Made by a program: the position numbers and the translations under genes. The notes under the pieces are model-generated. The model did not search any database and was not told the DNA's origin. It saw only the letters and a list, made by a program, of their open reading frames with translations. Below, piece after piece: positions 36,812 through 49,060 of a stretch of 64,000 bases of DNA. The first letter of the stretch is position 1; every line of letters starts with the position of its first letter. This DNA is from Rhodosorus marinus CCMP1338 (taxonomy: Eukaryota > Plantae > Rhodophyta), in contig JAMWBK010000001.1 in NCBI GenBank assembly GCA_029953675.1, forward strand, positions 930,001 through 994,000, given 5' to 3'.

Positions 36812-38059
36812 ATGATCACGAGGAGGTACCGACTCGTTTCCGTTTCTCAGCGGTTGATTTGGGCTTCCCAGCGGTTTTTAAAGTGTTCTGCAGCGAGGGA
36901 ACGTAACCGTTTCTCACCTCATGAGGACTATTCTGTCTTGCAGGTTCCCAGAGGGAACGAGTGGGGTTTACGTGTTCCTAGAGTTGCGGAAGATAGTACG
37001 ATTTCGGAATTACGGGAGTTCGCAGGAGCGCAGTCTGACAAGGGCTTGGAGCGAGCCTATGACCTATCAAACATAGCAATTCTCGATGGAATCGATGGTT
37101 CTCCAGTAGGATCAGCCAGCCTCGCGAGGGCTGCGATGTTCATGACCGCCTTTGGGGAATTGGGCAAGGTCCGGTACCTGATATCTGAGCTGCAGAGAGC
37201 TGACAAAGCTGAACTGCTGAATGGTGAATTCTTCAAGGCCATATTGAATGGTGTTTCAAAGATTTCCCTTCCATCCGACATATTCGAGTTCTTCTGCACA
37301 GACATCTGCACGGTTTATTCAAAAGTGCCAGAGGCGTTGTACTGTACGATGATAACGATTCTCATTGCGCATGATGCAATTCAGGAGCTCAGAGTCGTGC
37401 TGTCTGAGTTTGAGGAAGCTCACCCTTCCCCTAGTGAGGTAGGCCACCAGCACATGATGCAAGCATACCTCCACCTCAAGCAGGGCGCGGCGGCGTGGCG
37501 GATTTTCGAAGCTCTGAAAGCGCGCGGCCTACCCCTGCATGTTGACGTCCTCAAGGTCGCAATGCACGTGGCAGCTATGGAACATGACCTAGCAAAGGCT
37601 GAGGAGGTCTACAGTGTGTATAATCACGTGCTGAGCCTCGGGAAGTCCGCCGTTGAAGCTTATATTATGCTTCTCATCAAGAACAACCAGCTCGAACACG
37701 CACTGCTCGTCTACAACAACGAGAAGCGCAGGAAACACGTCAGCGACGAAGCACTGCATCAGCTCTTCGCAGCCCTTGTTGAAGCGGATCGAGAGGACCT
37801 GGCTATGCAGATGTTGTCCCGAGAGCAACTGGAGGATGACACCAAACTCGTATTCGTACAGACCGTCATACTGGGATGTGTGCGGAAGAAGAAATTGCGT
37901 GAGGCTCTTCGACTGATGAGCTTTGCGGACCAGTTTACGAACACTCACCTGTGGAATTCCGTTGTTGATACACTGCGGTCGAGTGGAGATTTAAAGACCT
38001 CCGACAAACTAGAGGACGCCCTTGGCAAATTCCAGACAGGGCTGTGGGACAAAGGCTAA
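36812..38059 (+). CDS. Pentatricopeptide-repeat-like helical-repeat protein, probably mitochondrial; intronless
   Basis: 415-aa ORF with an Arg/Ser-rich N-terminus and degenerate ~35-aa repeats (e.g. PSEVGHQHMMQAYLHLKQGAAAWRIFEALKARGLP, AVEAYIMLLIKNNQLEHALLVY). Confidence 0.65.
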   Translation: MITRRYRLVSVSQRLIWASQRFLKCSAARERNRFSPHEDYSVLQVPRGNEWGLRVPRVAEDSTISELREFAGAQSDKGLERAYDLSNIAILDGIDGSPVGSASLARAAMFMTAFGELGKVRYLISELQRADKAELLNGEFFKAILNGVSKISLPSDIFEFFCTDICTVYSKVPEALYCTMITILIAHDAIQELRVVLSEFEEAHPSPSEVGHQHMMQAYLHLKQGAAAWRIFEALKARGLPLHVDVLKVAMHVAAMEHDLAKAEEVYSVYNHVLSLGKSAVEAYIMLLIKNNQLEHALLVYNNEKRRKHVSDEALHQLFAALVEADREDLAMQMLSREQLEDDTKLVFVQTVILGCVRKKKLREALRLMSFADQFTNTHLWNSVVDTLRSSGDLKTSDKLEDALGKFQTGLWDKG

Positions 38060-38070
38060 GCTGGGTTGAA

Positions 38071-40496
38071 TTATTGCGCCGCTAGTACAGCATTCCTCAC
38101 TTCCTGGACTGCTTCAGCAAGAGCATCGTCATCCTGCGTGGTCGACGCAGCGTCCGCGTGCTTAAGACTCTCAACGACAAGGTCGTGCAGTCTGAACAGG
38201 CTTTCGGCTGATCTACCCCTGGCACTCTGCCGTAGCTCCTGAACAAGAAACGGAACTGCCCTTGCCGGAATTTTGAGTACTGCACCTCCTTTGCTTCTCG
38301 CGAAGACGAGAACCTGATAGAATTCGATACCATTTCAGTGTCAGAACGCGTTACTCGATCGACGAGGTTTGATGATCGGCAGAATTTTGGAACCGTCGAA
38401 ATTTCTGGCGAGAGGCGCTCACCGATGACAAAAGTAGAACATTGAGCGGCTCATGTTCTGGAAGAAGTCTCTCTTCGACCTCTGATCTCAGCGTTTGAGA
38501 AAGAGCTTTCTCTTTCTTTTTGTCAAGGAGTGTTCTGGGCGGGAGGCAGAGCTCGGCGCCGTGGTCATCGTATGCCTGCAAAAACTCATGCGTTGTCGAC
38601 GCCTTCACGAAGGCGCGGACGTGCTTTTGCGCCTTTGGAGGAAAATTCCCAATTGGTGGGACTTCGCTTTCCCCAGAAAAGTACTGAAGCGAAATTTTCC
38701 TTGCATCCGAGCAGTAGGTTTCCATCAGATGCTCATCTAGCATCGTGCGGAGACCCTCATCCGAGATAGCCTCCATGGCCTTCAAATGAACTTCAATTTT
38801 CGGCAAAACGGCAGCCAGCTCCCTTTCAAACAGTTTTGCCTTCTCCGCTTTTTCTTTTGCTAGTTTTTCGCGGGCCTGAGCCTCTGCTGCTGAATAGATT
38901 GAACCCAATTCGGAGTAGAGCACGGCAATCAGAGCCTCTACAAACGCGCTGTCCTCCGCACTTTCGCCAAGATGATCCTTTTCTAGCATGATCATCAAGT
39001 CGACTTTTGCGTTCAGTATCTCCACAGCCTCCTCTTCGGTGGGAGTCCGCACGGAGCTCGTCGCCAAGCCTCGAGAAGTTTTCGAGTCCTCGTTCTTGTT
39101 CTTCTTTCTCTTTGATTTCGTCTTCTTAGTTGCAATTTCCACAAGCTCCTGCTGCGGTATGTCTGCCTGCGGCACTGCCGTCACCACTTCAAGAGCCTTG
39201 GTCTCCGAGTCCCGAACGAAGACCTCCCAGCACCTTTCCTTGAGCTCCGGGCTCACAATGAATCGATCCTGGGCAACCACCGCCTCGTCGCCTTGGAGGG
39301 CTGCCTGCAACACCAGGGCACAATCCTCAGGGTCGATTGTCGCCGGAAGAAGAGGAACTGAATCTAGCCAAGTCTTTGAGCTCAAAGCAGCGCCAATGGC
39401 ATCCCGCAACTGGTCTACTTGTCCCTTCGAGATAACCATTTTGGTGAGGAGAAGGTCGTTCGGCATTTTCGACGCGACATACTTCTTCGGATCTACTACG
39501 GAGAATTGTCGTAAGCGATCGAGCTCCACGTACTGATTTGTCCTGAAGAAGTTATCAATCGCCTCGTCTCTTGTTTTTTCAAACGTGCTTGGGGTAAACG
39601 CCGCGCGTTCCCCACGACCACGGAGGCTTCCGTTCACGCTCCCTGCGGCTATCAACTCTTCCAATGCATCATTAACAATCTTGGTCCGGATGCCAAGTAC
39701 TTTTGCCACATCGCCGACGGAGATTGGAGTTGCCGCACCTCTTAACATGCCGCAAACTCGCGCCTGAGCAGTCCAGAACACGGATATCTCTCATCAGACG
39801 CAAATTCGTGGTGGAAATCCAGGATTCCAGTGTAGGTTTCTCACCTTCGACCTGGCAATATGCGACTCAGTATAGAGGCTTCCTCCTTCGAGATATCCCT
39901 TGATATAAATACCGACCCTCTTCTCAAGCATGGACCGAACAGTATCAATCGGGAGGTTGTACTTTGTCGCAATATCCGCGAGGGAGAGGATCCCATCGCC
40001 AGTTTCAGAGAGAACATCCGCGATCTCTTCCGTGCATAAGTCAAAGTAGTCGTCTGTAATGACATCCCCTTGAATCCTCTGAATCAAAACAGATGGGACG
40101 AGGCGAGGCGGACAAATAAGTCTTCATTGGATAATGCGCGAGAGAGTCCGGCTAATAACTTGGGACAATGAAAATCCTCACTCTTGCAGAATCTGCCCTC
40201 TCCTCAAAATAACCTTTCAGCTCAACCTCGACGTGATGGAGATCGACACCAATCAAGGCGGCGGCTTCGACGATATTAAGTCGACCTCCATGTTTCATGA
40301 CCTCGTCGCCTATTTCAGTTCGGACTCGCTCTCTCGTGAGATACTCCCTGCCAGATACAGTGAACACGACGTCGACTCTGCCCGCCTCCAGCAGCTTGGA
40401 AACCAGCTCAACGCAATTGGTCTCCGACATCCTCGTGGTCGTTCCCTCGAGCTGTACCGCCGCCAGCTGTCTCTGAAGTTCAAGAATCTCGTCCAT
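38071..40496 (-). CDS. UFL1: E3 UFM1-protein ligase 1; multi-exon
   Basis: MDEILELQRQLAAVQ, RMSETNCVELVSKL, FTVSGREYLT, GGRLNIVE, and winged-helix repeats (LSLADIATKYNLP, YVELDRL). Last exon read manually, ending ...VRNAVLAAQ* at 38073-38071. Confidence 0.9.
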
Positions 40497-41689
40497 GCCT
40501 TCGACGAAAGAAAGTAACCACTTTACGAGCTAGTCCTACTCCACACACTATTCACCGCAACTCGATCTCTCCCAACGAACTGACGGCGCCATGATCGATA
40601 CAAATCCTGCCGACGGTCTTCCCCACACGAGAGGAGGTCTTAGCAAAACTTGGAAAGCAGAAATAAGCTCGGAAATCAATCACATCGATGGAGTTGAATC
40701 TGCGTACCCACAAGAGTTCGGAATCTTTTCCAGGCGCTTAAGACAACGACTCTTTTAATATCTTCCTACCCTCTGCGAGCAATCCGAACTATTGCACAAG
40801 ATCTTCATCGTCCTAAAAGGTTAAATGGTGGGAGATTTGGTTTTTACAGCTGTCCGCTTTAGAGCTCGTACTTCCTCAACAAAATGGGATTCAGGATTTC
40901 GGCTCTCAATGGAACTCTCAATGGGGTTAGCAGACTGAACTTAGCTTCTTAAGAAGTACATCATACCTCGCGTACCGCATGTAAAATGTTAATCATCCAA
41001 AATCGACCTTGAAACAAAATGTTAGTGGACCATGTCATGGTTAAAAAAGTCCACGAGGACATGGAGTACTTGTAAAACTGCGGGATGAAGGCGTCGAGCG
41101 CTTTGGCTGCATTTGGATGATAGTTTAGGTTCTCGTTGGCTTTGTGCTCTCTTTCGTCAGCGACCCAGGGCGTTTTTGATGGCCTCTTCACGGAGCTGTT
41201 TTTGAGTCTCTGGCGTTCAAACACTACTTTATAGCTGGACGCGCGTCATCACGCGTTTTGTTTTCTCTCTGCTTAGGGTAAGGCTCTGAACAAACGGATG
41301 AGCACGAAGCTTCCTGGTGACCGGTCTGTAGCTGATATCGCGAGAGACTCTAGGCCAGTGCACTCCATAGAAACGATAGTCTGAACGGATTCTTCTAGTC
41401 CGAAAGTTTTTCTTTTCGCCGTGGCGGCGAACGTGGTGCTGAGCTTAGCTCTAGATCGTTGGACGAGGCCGTAACTGTTTTTATTCCATTCATTTGGGTT
41501 GGGCGGTGTCCAACTGCGCTTCGCGCATTTGAGGGTTGTTCTGAGTCCTATCTCAGGGCAGTAGTATCCAGGAAAATAAAGAAATTGACCCTCTGGATGT
41601 TATCACCAACTTGCTTATGCACTGATGCTCCGAAGCATCTTTGTGAGCTTCGTGAACTGCTTGGTTGTAAGGTGCGATAACTCTTTTTC

Positions 41690-41871
41690 TGGGGAACAGG
41701 TCTTGACTTCTCTGTGGCCTTAATCCTGAACAGACAGCTAGGTGAAGAGTGAGAAATCGGCTGGAAGAAGAAATCTTCCATGGGGAACAGGTCTTGACCT
41801 CTCTGTGGCCTTAATCCTGAACAGACAGCTAGGTGAAGAGTGAGAAATCGGCTGGAAGAAGAAATCTTCCA
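41690..41871. repeat. Two-copy 91-bp tandem duplication with one mismatch
   Basis: TGGGGAACAGGTCTTGAC(T/C)TCTCTGTGGCC...GAAGAAATCTTCCA at 41690-41780 and 41781-41871. Confidence 0.95.
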
Positions 41872-41934
41872 TCAAGATGCGTTGTTTGTTCGCCTGAAAG
41901 GAATATCCTCGACAACGCATGAGACGCTTCGAGA

Positions 41935-43638
41935 ATGCTGTTTAACCAGACGAAGAAGTGGTTGGTTGAAGAGCTGAGCGCCGACGCACAACTTGACGTC
42001 AGCGTTGAAGCTGTTAATGCGAGAAGAGACCTCAAGTATTCGCTTGGTGAACTTGAGGATGACGGGAAATCCGTAAACGTGGAGGCTTACGGCCTGCTCA
42101 ACCAAGGGCGCGGAGCTCAAGAACTGGCGTTGCTCTCTGAGGTGGATCCGTTTGGTGTCCTTCGCGCTCTCCTGAACAGGTATGAGTCTCAAGGGTCCGT
42201 GAATGCGCTGCTTGAGCTCGGTAACCTTATCCTTTACGGAGATTGCACCCGGGAGTTCCTTAAGAACGCTTTGCGGAACGAACTTCCGGAAGGAAAGCGG
42301 GACGCTCTTCAGCTCTTCGCTGAGCTCCTTGTGAGAGATCAGAAGTAGGATGCTGGAATACACCCTCTCACCAGCGCATGTGATCGCTTCCTGACGTTGT
42401 TTATATTGTACGAAGCTTAGGCCGCTCGCGAACTCCTCCATGCCTCGAAGGGTTTTCAGCTTGAGCGAAGTGATGGAGATTCTACTCGACGTGGAGCGGA
42501 TCTCGGTGATTTGGTTGAACACGTTGAGCTCTGCTTTCCTAGCTCAACCAGATAACCTACTGGTTGAAAAGCACCTTGTGACGGACGTCTGTGATCGACT
42601 AACGACCGTAGTGGACCGACGGGAAGAGCAGGGGCGGCTTTTGATAGCTGCCGCAATAGAAGTACTTCAATCTATGCAAAAGAGAATGGGGTTCGAGTCG
42701 AGGTCTTTGGTGTTCTCGCTTTTAGGACCAACTTCCAGGATCTATCTCTGCAGCACAGGAGACAATCGGCTTTCTACATACTCCAGAGCAGGCCGTTCTT
42801 CAGAACTAGTTTACCTCATGGAGATGCTCTGGGCCTTCGCTGCAGGGCGGGGATGCAAGTGGCTTAAGGACGACTGGCCAACTGGTGGTGCCTTCCAATC
42901 CAGTGGCGAGCGCTCCTTCAGGGGTCGCACAAAGTTTCAACTCCGAAGTTGGATGGTTGCTTTGGCGCTCTTTCTTACCAGGTGTACAGCGGAGGAACAC
43001 GCCAGGGTCTCTGTGGAGGTCTTACAGCATACTTTTCAAAGCGAAAATTCGGCGATTGCTGTTCAACTTAGAGTTTTTTGCGCGCTCCTAGAGAGGCCAG
43101 GTATGAGGACGCCTCGTCCGGGTCGTTCCCTAGTAGACCAGCTTTCTTCGTTAACGTTTTAATGATCCTCCTATCACAGACTTGAGCGGTGTTGTCTCCC
43201 CAGACGTTGCAAGGGTTGCGAGGTATATTTGTTCAGATATAAGCAACCTTGTTGCCAAGCTTGAGAAAAGGTGAGCGCTGCAACTGCTTCGTCTTTGTCG
43301 GAGCCTGTACAAACGCCTTTTCTTTTCTGAGCATAATTTCATCACCGGATTTGCTCATCAGACTTGACGGAGACCAGACTGGTGGAAGCGCTGATCTCCC
43401 TCAGGTACCCGCTGAAGTCTTGAGAAGTTTATATATATTCCCGCTGAAATCGCTCTCTGAAATTGGGAAGCAACTCGAAAGGGGGAAGGCAACCTGCATG
43501 GACTTGTTCATAACTGTGATCCTTCGCTTAAGTTCATTGATAGGGTCTATGCGCGCGAGGGAGATTCTCGAAAAGGCATTCGACGAAGGTTCTATCCCGA
43601 GAGACCTGTATTTATCGCTATCTCAGCTTGTAAAATGA
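41935..43638 (+). CDS. Uncharacterised Leu-rich helical protein; about 4 exons
   Basis: ORFs 41935-42348, 42440-43162 and 43249-43638 join through plausible GT-AG introns (e.g. 42345-42420). Composition is protein-like, but I recognise no family. The start is uncertain. Confidence 0.55.
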
Positions 43639-43731
43639 TCCAGGATTCTAGCCGTTACCGGTTGGCGGTCGGGTTACCGAGTGGCCGAGTCTTCGCGTAC
43701 GAACTAGTGTGGTTTAAACCGTTCGATTAGC

Positions 43732-45660
43732 TTACAGCACCACCTACCTGCGGACATTCGTATGGATTGTGTCCAAATCGCTTGCACTTGAAGCACATAT
43801 CGCAGTCCTTCGCCTGGTGGCCCGCTTTCCCGCACTTGTAGCAACCGTTTGGTTCGGCATCCGCGGGTCTGTAAGGGCAGTCCCTCGTCCAGTGACCAGA
43901 CTCATTGCATCGGAAGCACCGGTCGTTACCACTTTGACCTCCTCGGGGTCTCCCGTACGAATCGCCATAACCTTGTCGCTCGTAGCCGCCGCCGCCGCCT
44001 CCTCCTCCATAGTACGGACGCTCCCCATAGCCTCGGTCGCCACCGTAGCCACGATCACCACCGCCATAACCCCGGTCCCCATAGCCACGATCGCCTCCAT
44101 AGCTCCGCTCGCCACCATAGCCCCTGTCGCTGAAGCCCCTATCTCCGTAGCCCCGGTCCCCATAGCCTCGATCGGCGTAGCCCCCGTAGCCACCTCCTGT
44201 TGAAGAGGAAGATATGGCCCCGCGTTAGGTTTATAATGGTAAACGGAGAGTAATTCAAAACTCTTTTACTATGCTAAGCCGGTCGGCACCATGCTTGCCC
44301 TACCTTGATAGCCGCCTCCGCCATAGCCTCTATTTCCATAATCTCCGTACCCGTCGTCATAGCCTAGGAGCGAAGAGGGATACACATCAGTACCAATGCT
44401 CGCTAGACAACAGAATGTTAAAGCGTTGCGACCGAAAAAACCAGGAACGCCGGGTGCGAGCTCATTCAAATCGAGTGCGGTAATCCGCTACGGGCAAGGA
44501 ACCCGTTGAGGAATGTGTGGGGGGGCTATCTCCGAGGAAAGCATGCCACGTGCAAGAACGGGCAAGTTTCTACGAATCAGAGTGAAGGAAGTATTACCTC
44601 CACCTTGGTAACCTCCACCTCCACCGTAAGCACCACCACCGCCACCGCCACTGCCACCGCCACCATAGCCACCACCGCCGTAGCTGCCCCCGCCATATCC
44701 GCCACTTCCTCCTAAGTTCCGCCCATACCCGGCGCCTTGTCCGGAGTATCCCGCTCGGGGCCCGCCATAATTGGGACACTCCCTGTACAACATAGGAAAC
44801 AAAGCCGCGGCCTTGTCAATACGATCGTCGCAGCAATGCGCATTCTCAGTGCAACTCCGTGGAACAATCTCACCTGCCGCGGTGGCCCGGACGACGGCAT
44901 TTGAAGCAAACTCCGGATGGAAGGTTGTTTGGACAGTCTTGGGTGCAGTGTCCTTTGCCGTTGCAGGACCCGCAGTCCTCCAAAGTCGAGTCATCTTTTG
45001 CATTGTATTCAGAAATGCACATAACCGCAATGTGGCCTTCGCCTGTTGACAACCCCATTAAAGTGTGAAAATGGTAGGATGTGTCCCGTTCAACAAAGAC
45101 CCGCGCCAAATGTGGAAGACCTCGACTAAGCTCGCTCTAGGAGCGGAACGCGTACCTCCGCATCTGAAACAGGACTGGCGCTGTCGTTTGTCCGGCTGCT
45201 GGGCGTACCCTCCAGGTGGATATTCCCGGCCAGCGTATTCTTGCTCTGGTTCTCTCCTACGCTTATGGACATCTCCGGCTTCATTTTCACGTCGTGCATA
45301 AGCTGCTGGTGCGCTACCGCTCTCGACCACTTCGTCTTCATGATCAGCTGGCTTCTGAATGTCACCGCCTCCTACTTCATCCTCGTGATCCGCATCCCTG
45401 TGACCGTCGCCACCTCCTTCCCAGTCCTGGCCGATCTGAACGGGTTTCTCCTCCTTTTCCTCCTCCGGTGGTTGATCCTGTGTCTCAGCCTCGGCTGGTT
45501 CCTCCTCCGGCTGGGTCGTGATGTTCACTGTGTTTTCCTCCGGGTCGCGCGGGTCATCATGTGGCTCTGGAACTCCCGGATCCTCAGGAGGATCTTCTGC
45601 TTTTACTGGAGCTTTTTTCTCTTCTGTCTTTGATACCTTTGTACTCTTCCTCCTCGGCAT
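43732..45660 (-). CDS. CCHC zinc-knuckle protein (CNBP/GIS2-like knuckles) with a central Gly/Tyr/Arg/Asp low-complexity domain; multi-exon
   Basis: Six C-x2-C-x4-H-x4-C knuckles: CFRCGG|EGHIAVMC, CGSCNGKGHCTQDC, CFKCRRPGHRGR|EC, CFRCNESGHWTRDC, CYKCGKAGHQAKDC and CFKCKRFGHNPYEC. The last three lie in a frame the ORF track misses. An alternative spliced end at 43674 is possible. Confidence 0.85.
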
Positions 45661-47334
45661 GGTGCCACCTAAGTCAACACGAAAGATCAGGGAAAATTGC
45701 AGAACTCCTCAACTCCGCTCACCAGCTCACTCACTCCCTTTTCACTCGCCCAAGGACGCCCTAGACTCTCCTCTTCACTCCCACGAAACACAGTCCCTCC
45801 CAAAAAAAGTCCCGCTCACTCTCTAGTTCTTTAAACTCCCTTACACACATGAAGCCAAACCAAAGTTCAGATTAGAGAAGAAAGGCTCAATAACAAAAGG
45901 TCAAAAGAAGCAATTGTACTAAGGCTCTTTTACTTCAAAACAAAAATTTCTTAGAAGAAGTGATTAGTTTTTGCATGGACGCCCATCCAACCCCTTACGT
46001 TGTATGAACAACAAACACGAAATAGAAAACAAACTGCCGACACACGAATCTCTCTAGTGAGTAAGTCTTACGTTAACAATCAGCATCGTCCCAAGAAGCA
46101 AGAAAGGCTCTCACTCTCGCTAGGATGAATAGCAACCACTGCGCCAAGGATTCGTTCAATTTCAGTCCCGTCTATGTGACAATCCTGTTCAAGCTTACTT
46201 CCCACTTTGCGCTTTGCTCTTCCTCCCGGTGCGCACTGTCATAGAGCAAGTTGGGTTGGTGGTCCGGTGATACCCTCCTCCGCGGTGCACTGTTGAATTC
46301 CAGGGCTTAACAGCTTTCGACCAGGACTGGAATTCAGAAACAGCGAGACTTTCTGAGAAGCCGCTGTGGATGAGCTGGGGATGAGCTGGGATGAGCTTCA
46401 GTAGCTGCCCTCTGTCGAAAGTACATCCACTCGTCTGGTATTTGGGTATTTTGTTTTTACGCACAAGCAAGGTCCATGAGGAAGGTTCCTGCAGGACGAA
46501 AAAGACTTCTTGGAAGGCAACCAGCGAAATTGTTTCTCGTGACCTCCGCACTCTCACGGACATTCTCTCTATCCTCCCGCCGCGCTCGCGTTGAATAGTT
46601 CACGTAGGGTTTAATATCTCCTTCAAATTGCTTAGGGGGGGTAGTTCGTGGTCGTGGAACACTTCGACAATCTTTTCTGTAATAAAATTAGTGGGAACTA
46701 AAGAATTTTTTGGATGATCATAAGGGGTTTCAAAAGTCCGGTGGAAGGTTAAAGGCGAAGAGAAATCACTCGCCCGATGCCGTCTCAGTCCTGCCATAAC
46801 CCGAGGGTGAGTCGAATGGAACCAAAGAGTCCTGTTCAAGGGAAAGAGGCTCAACCGGACACATCCTACTGGAGTCACCGAAACTTGGACTAGAGGTCCG
46901 CTCGTATCGAGCCAGGGCTTTTGTCTGAAGCATTGTATAGTTCCGGACTACGCGAATCCAATAAGACTCACAGACTTCCGCTCTGGACCCGCGCTTCGTA
47001 AGGGGAGAGTTTCTAAATCACGACAATGCGAAGACAATGCGATGCCCCAGCACAATCTTGGACTACCCGGCATTAATACCGGGTTGTATCGCTGCTGGAG
47101 TAGAATCGAGCCTTGACTCGCCTGTTGGCCATACCCGGACAGGGCAATTTAGAAGCATCCAAAAACTTGCATTGGACCTAGCGATGTCGGCGTTATTTGG
47201 ATGACATATTTGAAGCATAACCACGCTCCTCTTCATTATCCTGGTCTATTTCAGGAACTGTAAAACGCCATCTCCAACAGAAGCTAGAGCGATTTGTCAT
47301 GTACAAGTCCATCGATGCCTAGGTTTCGCTCCTG

Positions 47335-47928
47335 TTAAAGGCCAAACAAGCCCCAATCTAGGATCTTGAAGCTGGAAAGGATCCCCTCGAACAGTCTTCT
47401 ACGCTCGGACGCTTGATTCGGATCGTTCTGAACCGAGGCCCCGTCCCGAGCGGCGGAGCTTTCAGAATGGATGAACAGGGGGTAGTTAACGGTTATCAGG
47501 AGGTCAGTAGTGACAGAGCTGAGTCGCAAGCACGCAATAGACATCTCAACTGTGTTCGCCTTGACTGTCTCGTCTCGAAACTTTGGGGCAACGATCGTCC
47601 CAACGGCTTTGGTGGGGCTGACCTTGCTCATATCCAGGTTCATCGCCTCTTGCTGGGTGACTCCCGCTGCATCTTGAAGTTCACTGTTTTGAGCTTCCAT
47701 TTCCGACACAAGATTCTCAAAATGCCACGCGGCTGCTCGCTCTGCCCCGCAAAGTCCCATCTGCATACATTCGATGATAACAGACCTATCTGTGCCCGCA
47801 TCTGCGAAAACCTCCTGATAGTCTGGAACCAGCCGAACATCGCTCATATCCTCAAACTCTTGAGGCAAGTTCACCTCCATAGCACCTCCGTAGAGTTTCC
47901 GAACGGTCCAGTTTCTATCTTGCACCAT
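47335..47928 (-). CDS. MOG1: Ran guanine nucleotide release factor Mog1
   Basis: RKLYGGAM...LP..F.DMSDVRLVPDYQEVF, SVIIE, AAWHF, LRL...TDLLITVN and SFKILDWGLF; likely ATG at 47928. Confidence 0.9.
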   Translation of the reverse strand: MVQDRNWTVRKLYGGAMEVNLPQEFEDMSDVRLVPDYQEVFADAGTDRSVIIECMQMGLCGAERAAAWHFENLVSEMEAQNSELQDAAGVTQQEAMNLDMSKVSPTKAVGTIVAPKFRDETVKANTVEMSIACLRLSSVTTDLLITVNYPLFIHSESSAARDGASVQNDPNQASERRRLFEGILSSFKILDWGLFGL

Positions 47929-49060
47929 GTTTGTTTCCTGCTGAAAAGAAATCACCGAGTACTCCAGAGAGAGGAAATCTACACAGAATTCAAGAGCTTG
48001 CTCGTCACGGTGTCTACAGCTTAGACCCATGAGAACATGCTCGAGCTCCCTTTTTGAAGGCAACACTAGTGAGCACAGCACAAGCCGAGCAGGAAGAATC
48101 CACAATCTGGCCCTCATTATCATTTCCAAAATGATCAATATGCTGACGTCGGAGCAGTCTTTCGTTTGCGAAGAACGTGCTTGTGGCTGTTTACCGAAGA
48201 CCTGGCGCTCTTTCCAAGAGCGTGGTATGAAACACTTAAAGTTCCACGGTGAGCAGGATGCACTGGAATCACCCTAGGCTCGATCTTCTCCTATGCTCGA
48301 AACCGAGCCCAAGCCTTGCTGCCAAAACTGATTCATGGCCATGTTTGACAGTCTGTCCTAATGCAATGGATGGACCATGGCATTGACATGCTCAGTGGAT
48401 ATGATACATGCACTCGGCTTCTATCACCATCGCTCCATAATCTGAAACTCTGCCACGGACACGCAAAAAAACAACTTGGAAAAGACCGATTTGATGAATA
48501 GGGAAAACTCCGATCGTTTGGCCCTTCCCCCGAGGCCCGGTTGCGATGAGAGGCCTGGTGCTGACATGTTACCAGAGAACATGGTCCATCGAACGGGGAT
48601 GTATGGCCATCATCATTATTCCACGATCTAAACGACTCGTGAAGAGCGACTTGCTAAAACGGCGATGCAAAAAACCACACCAACCAATCTCTACCCAGTA
48701 CTTATCTCCTCATCATCATCAATTTCGATCATCGGACCCATCCTGGGGTTTTGAGGCCATGAAGGCCGGAGATCGATCGCGGGGGGAAACCGACCGATGC
48801 AGAGATTACCTAAATCGGAGGCAACAGTTTCCGAGTAGCATTGTGGTGGACGTGGTGGGGGGCACCGTGACGGCAGTGGAGATAAATATTTTGGTGGCGA
48901 GGACGGAGATTTAGTTTTTCTGTTTGTCATTAAATGTTTTGATCTCTTGGGAAGGAGGTTGCTTTTTAAGTTATTTGGGTGAGACTTTGTGGATTCATTT
49001 CTATTAGGGAATCGATCGAAAGAAATTAAAAATTCTTTTGCTGTTGTTTATGATCAAGTG

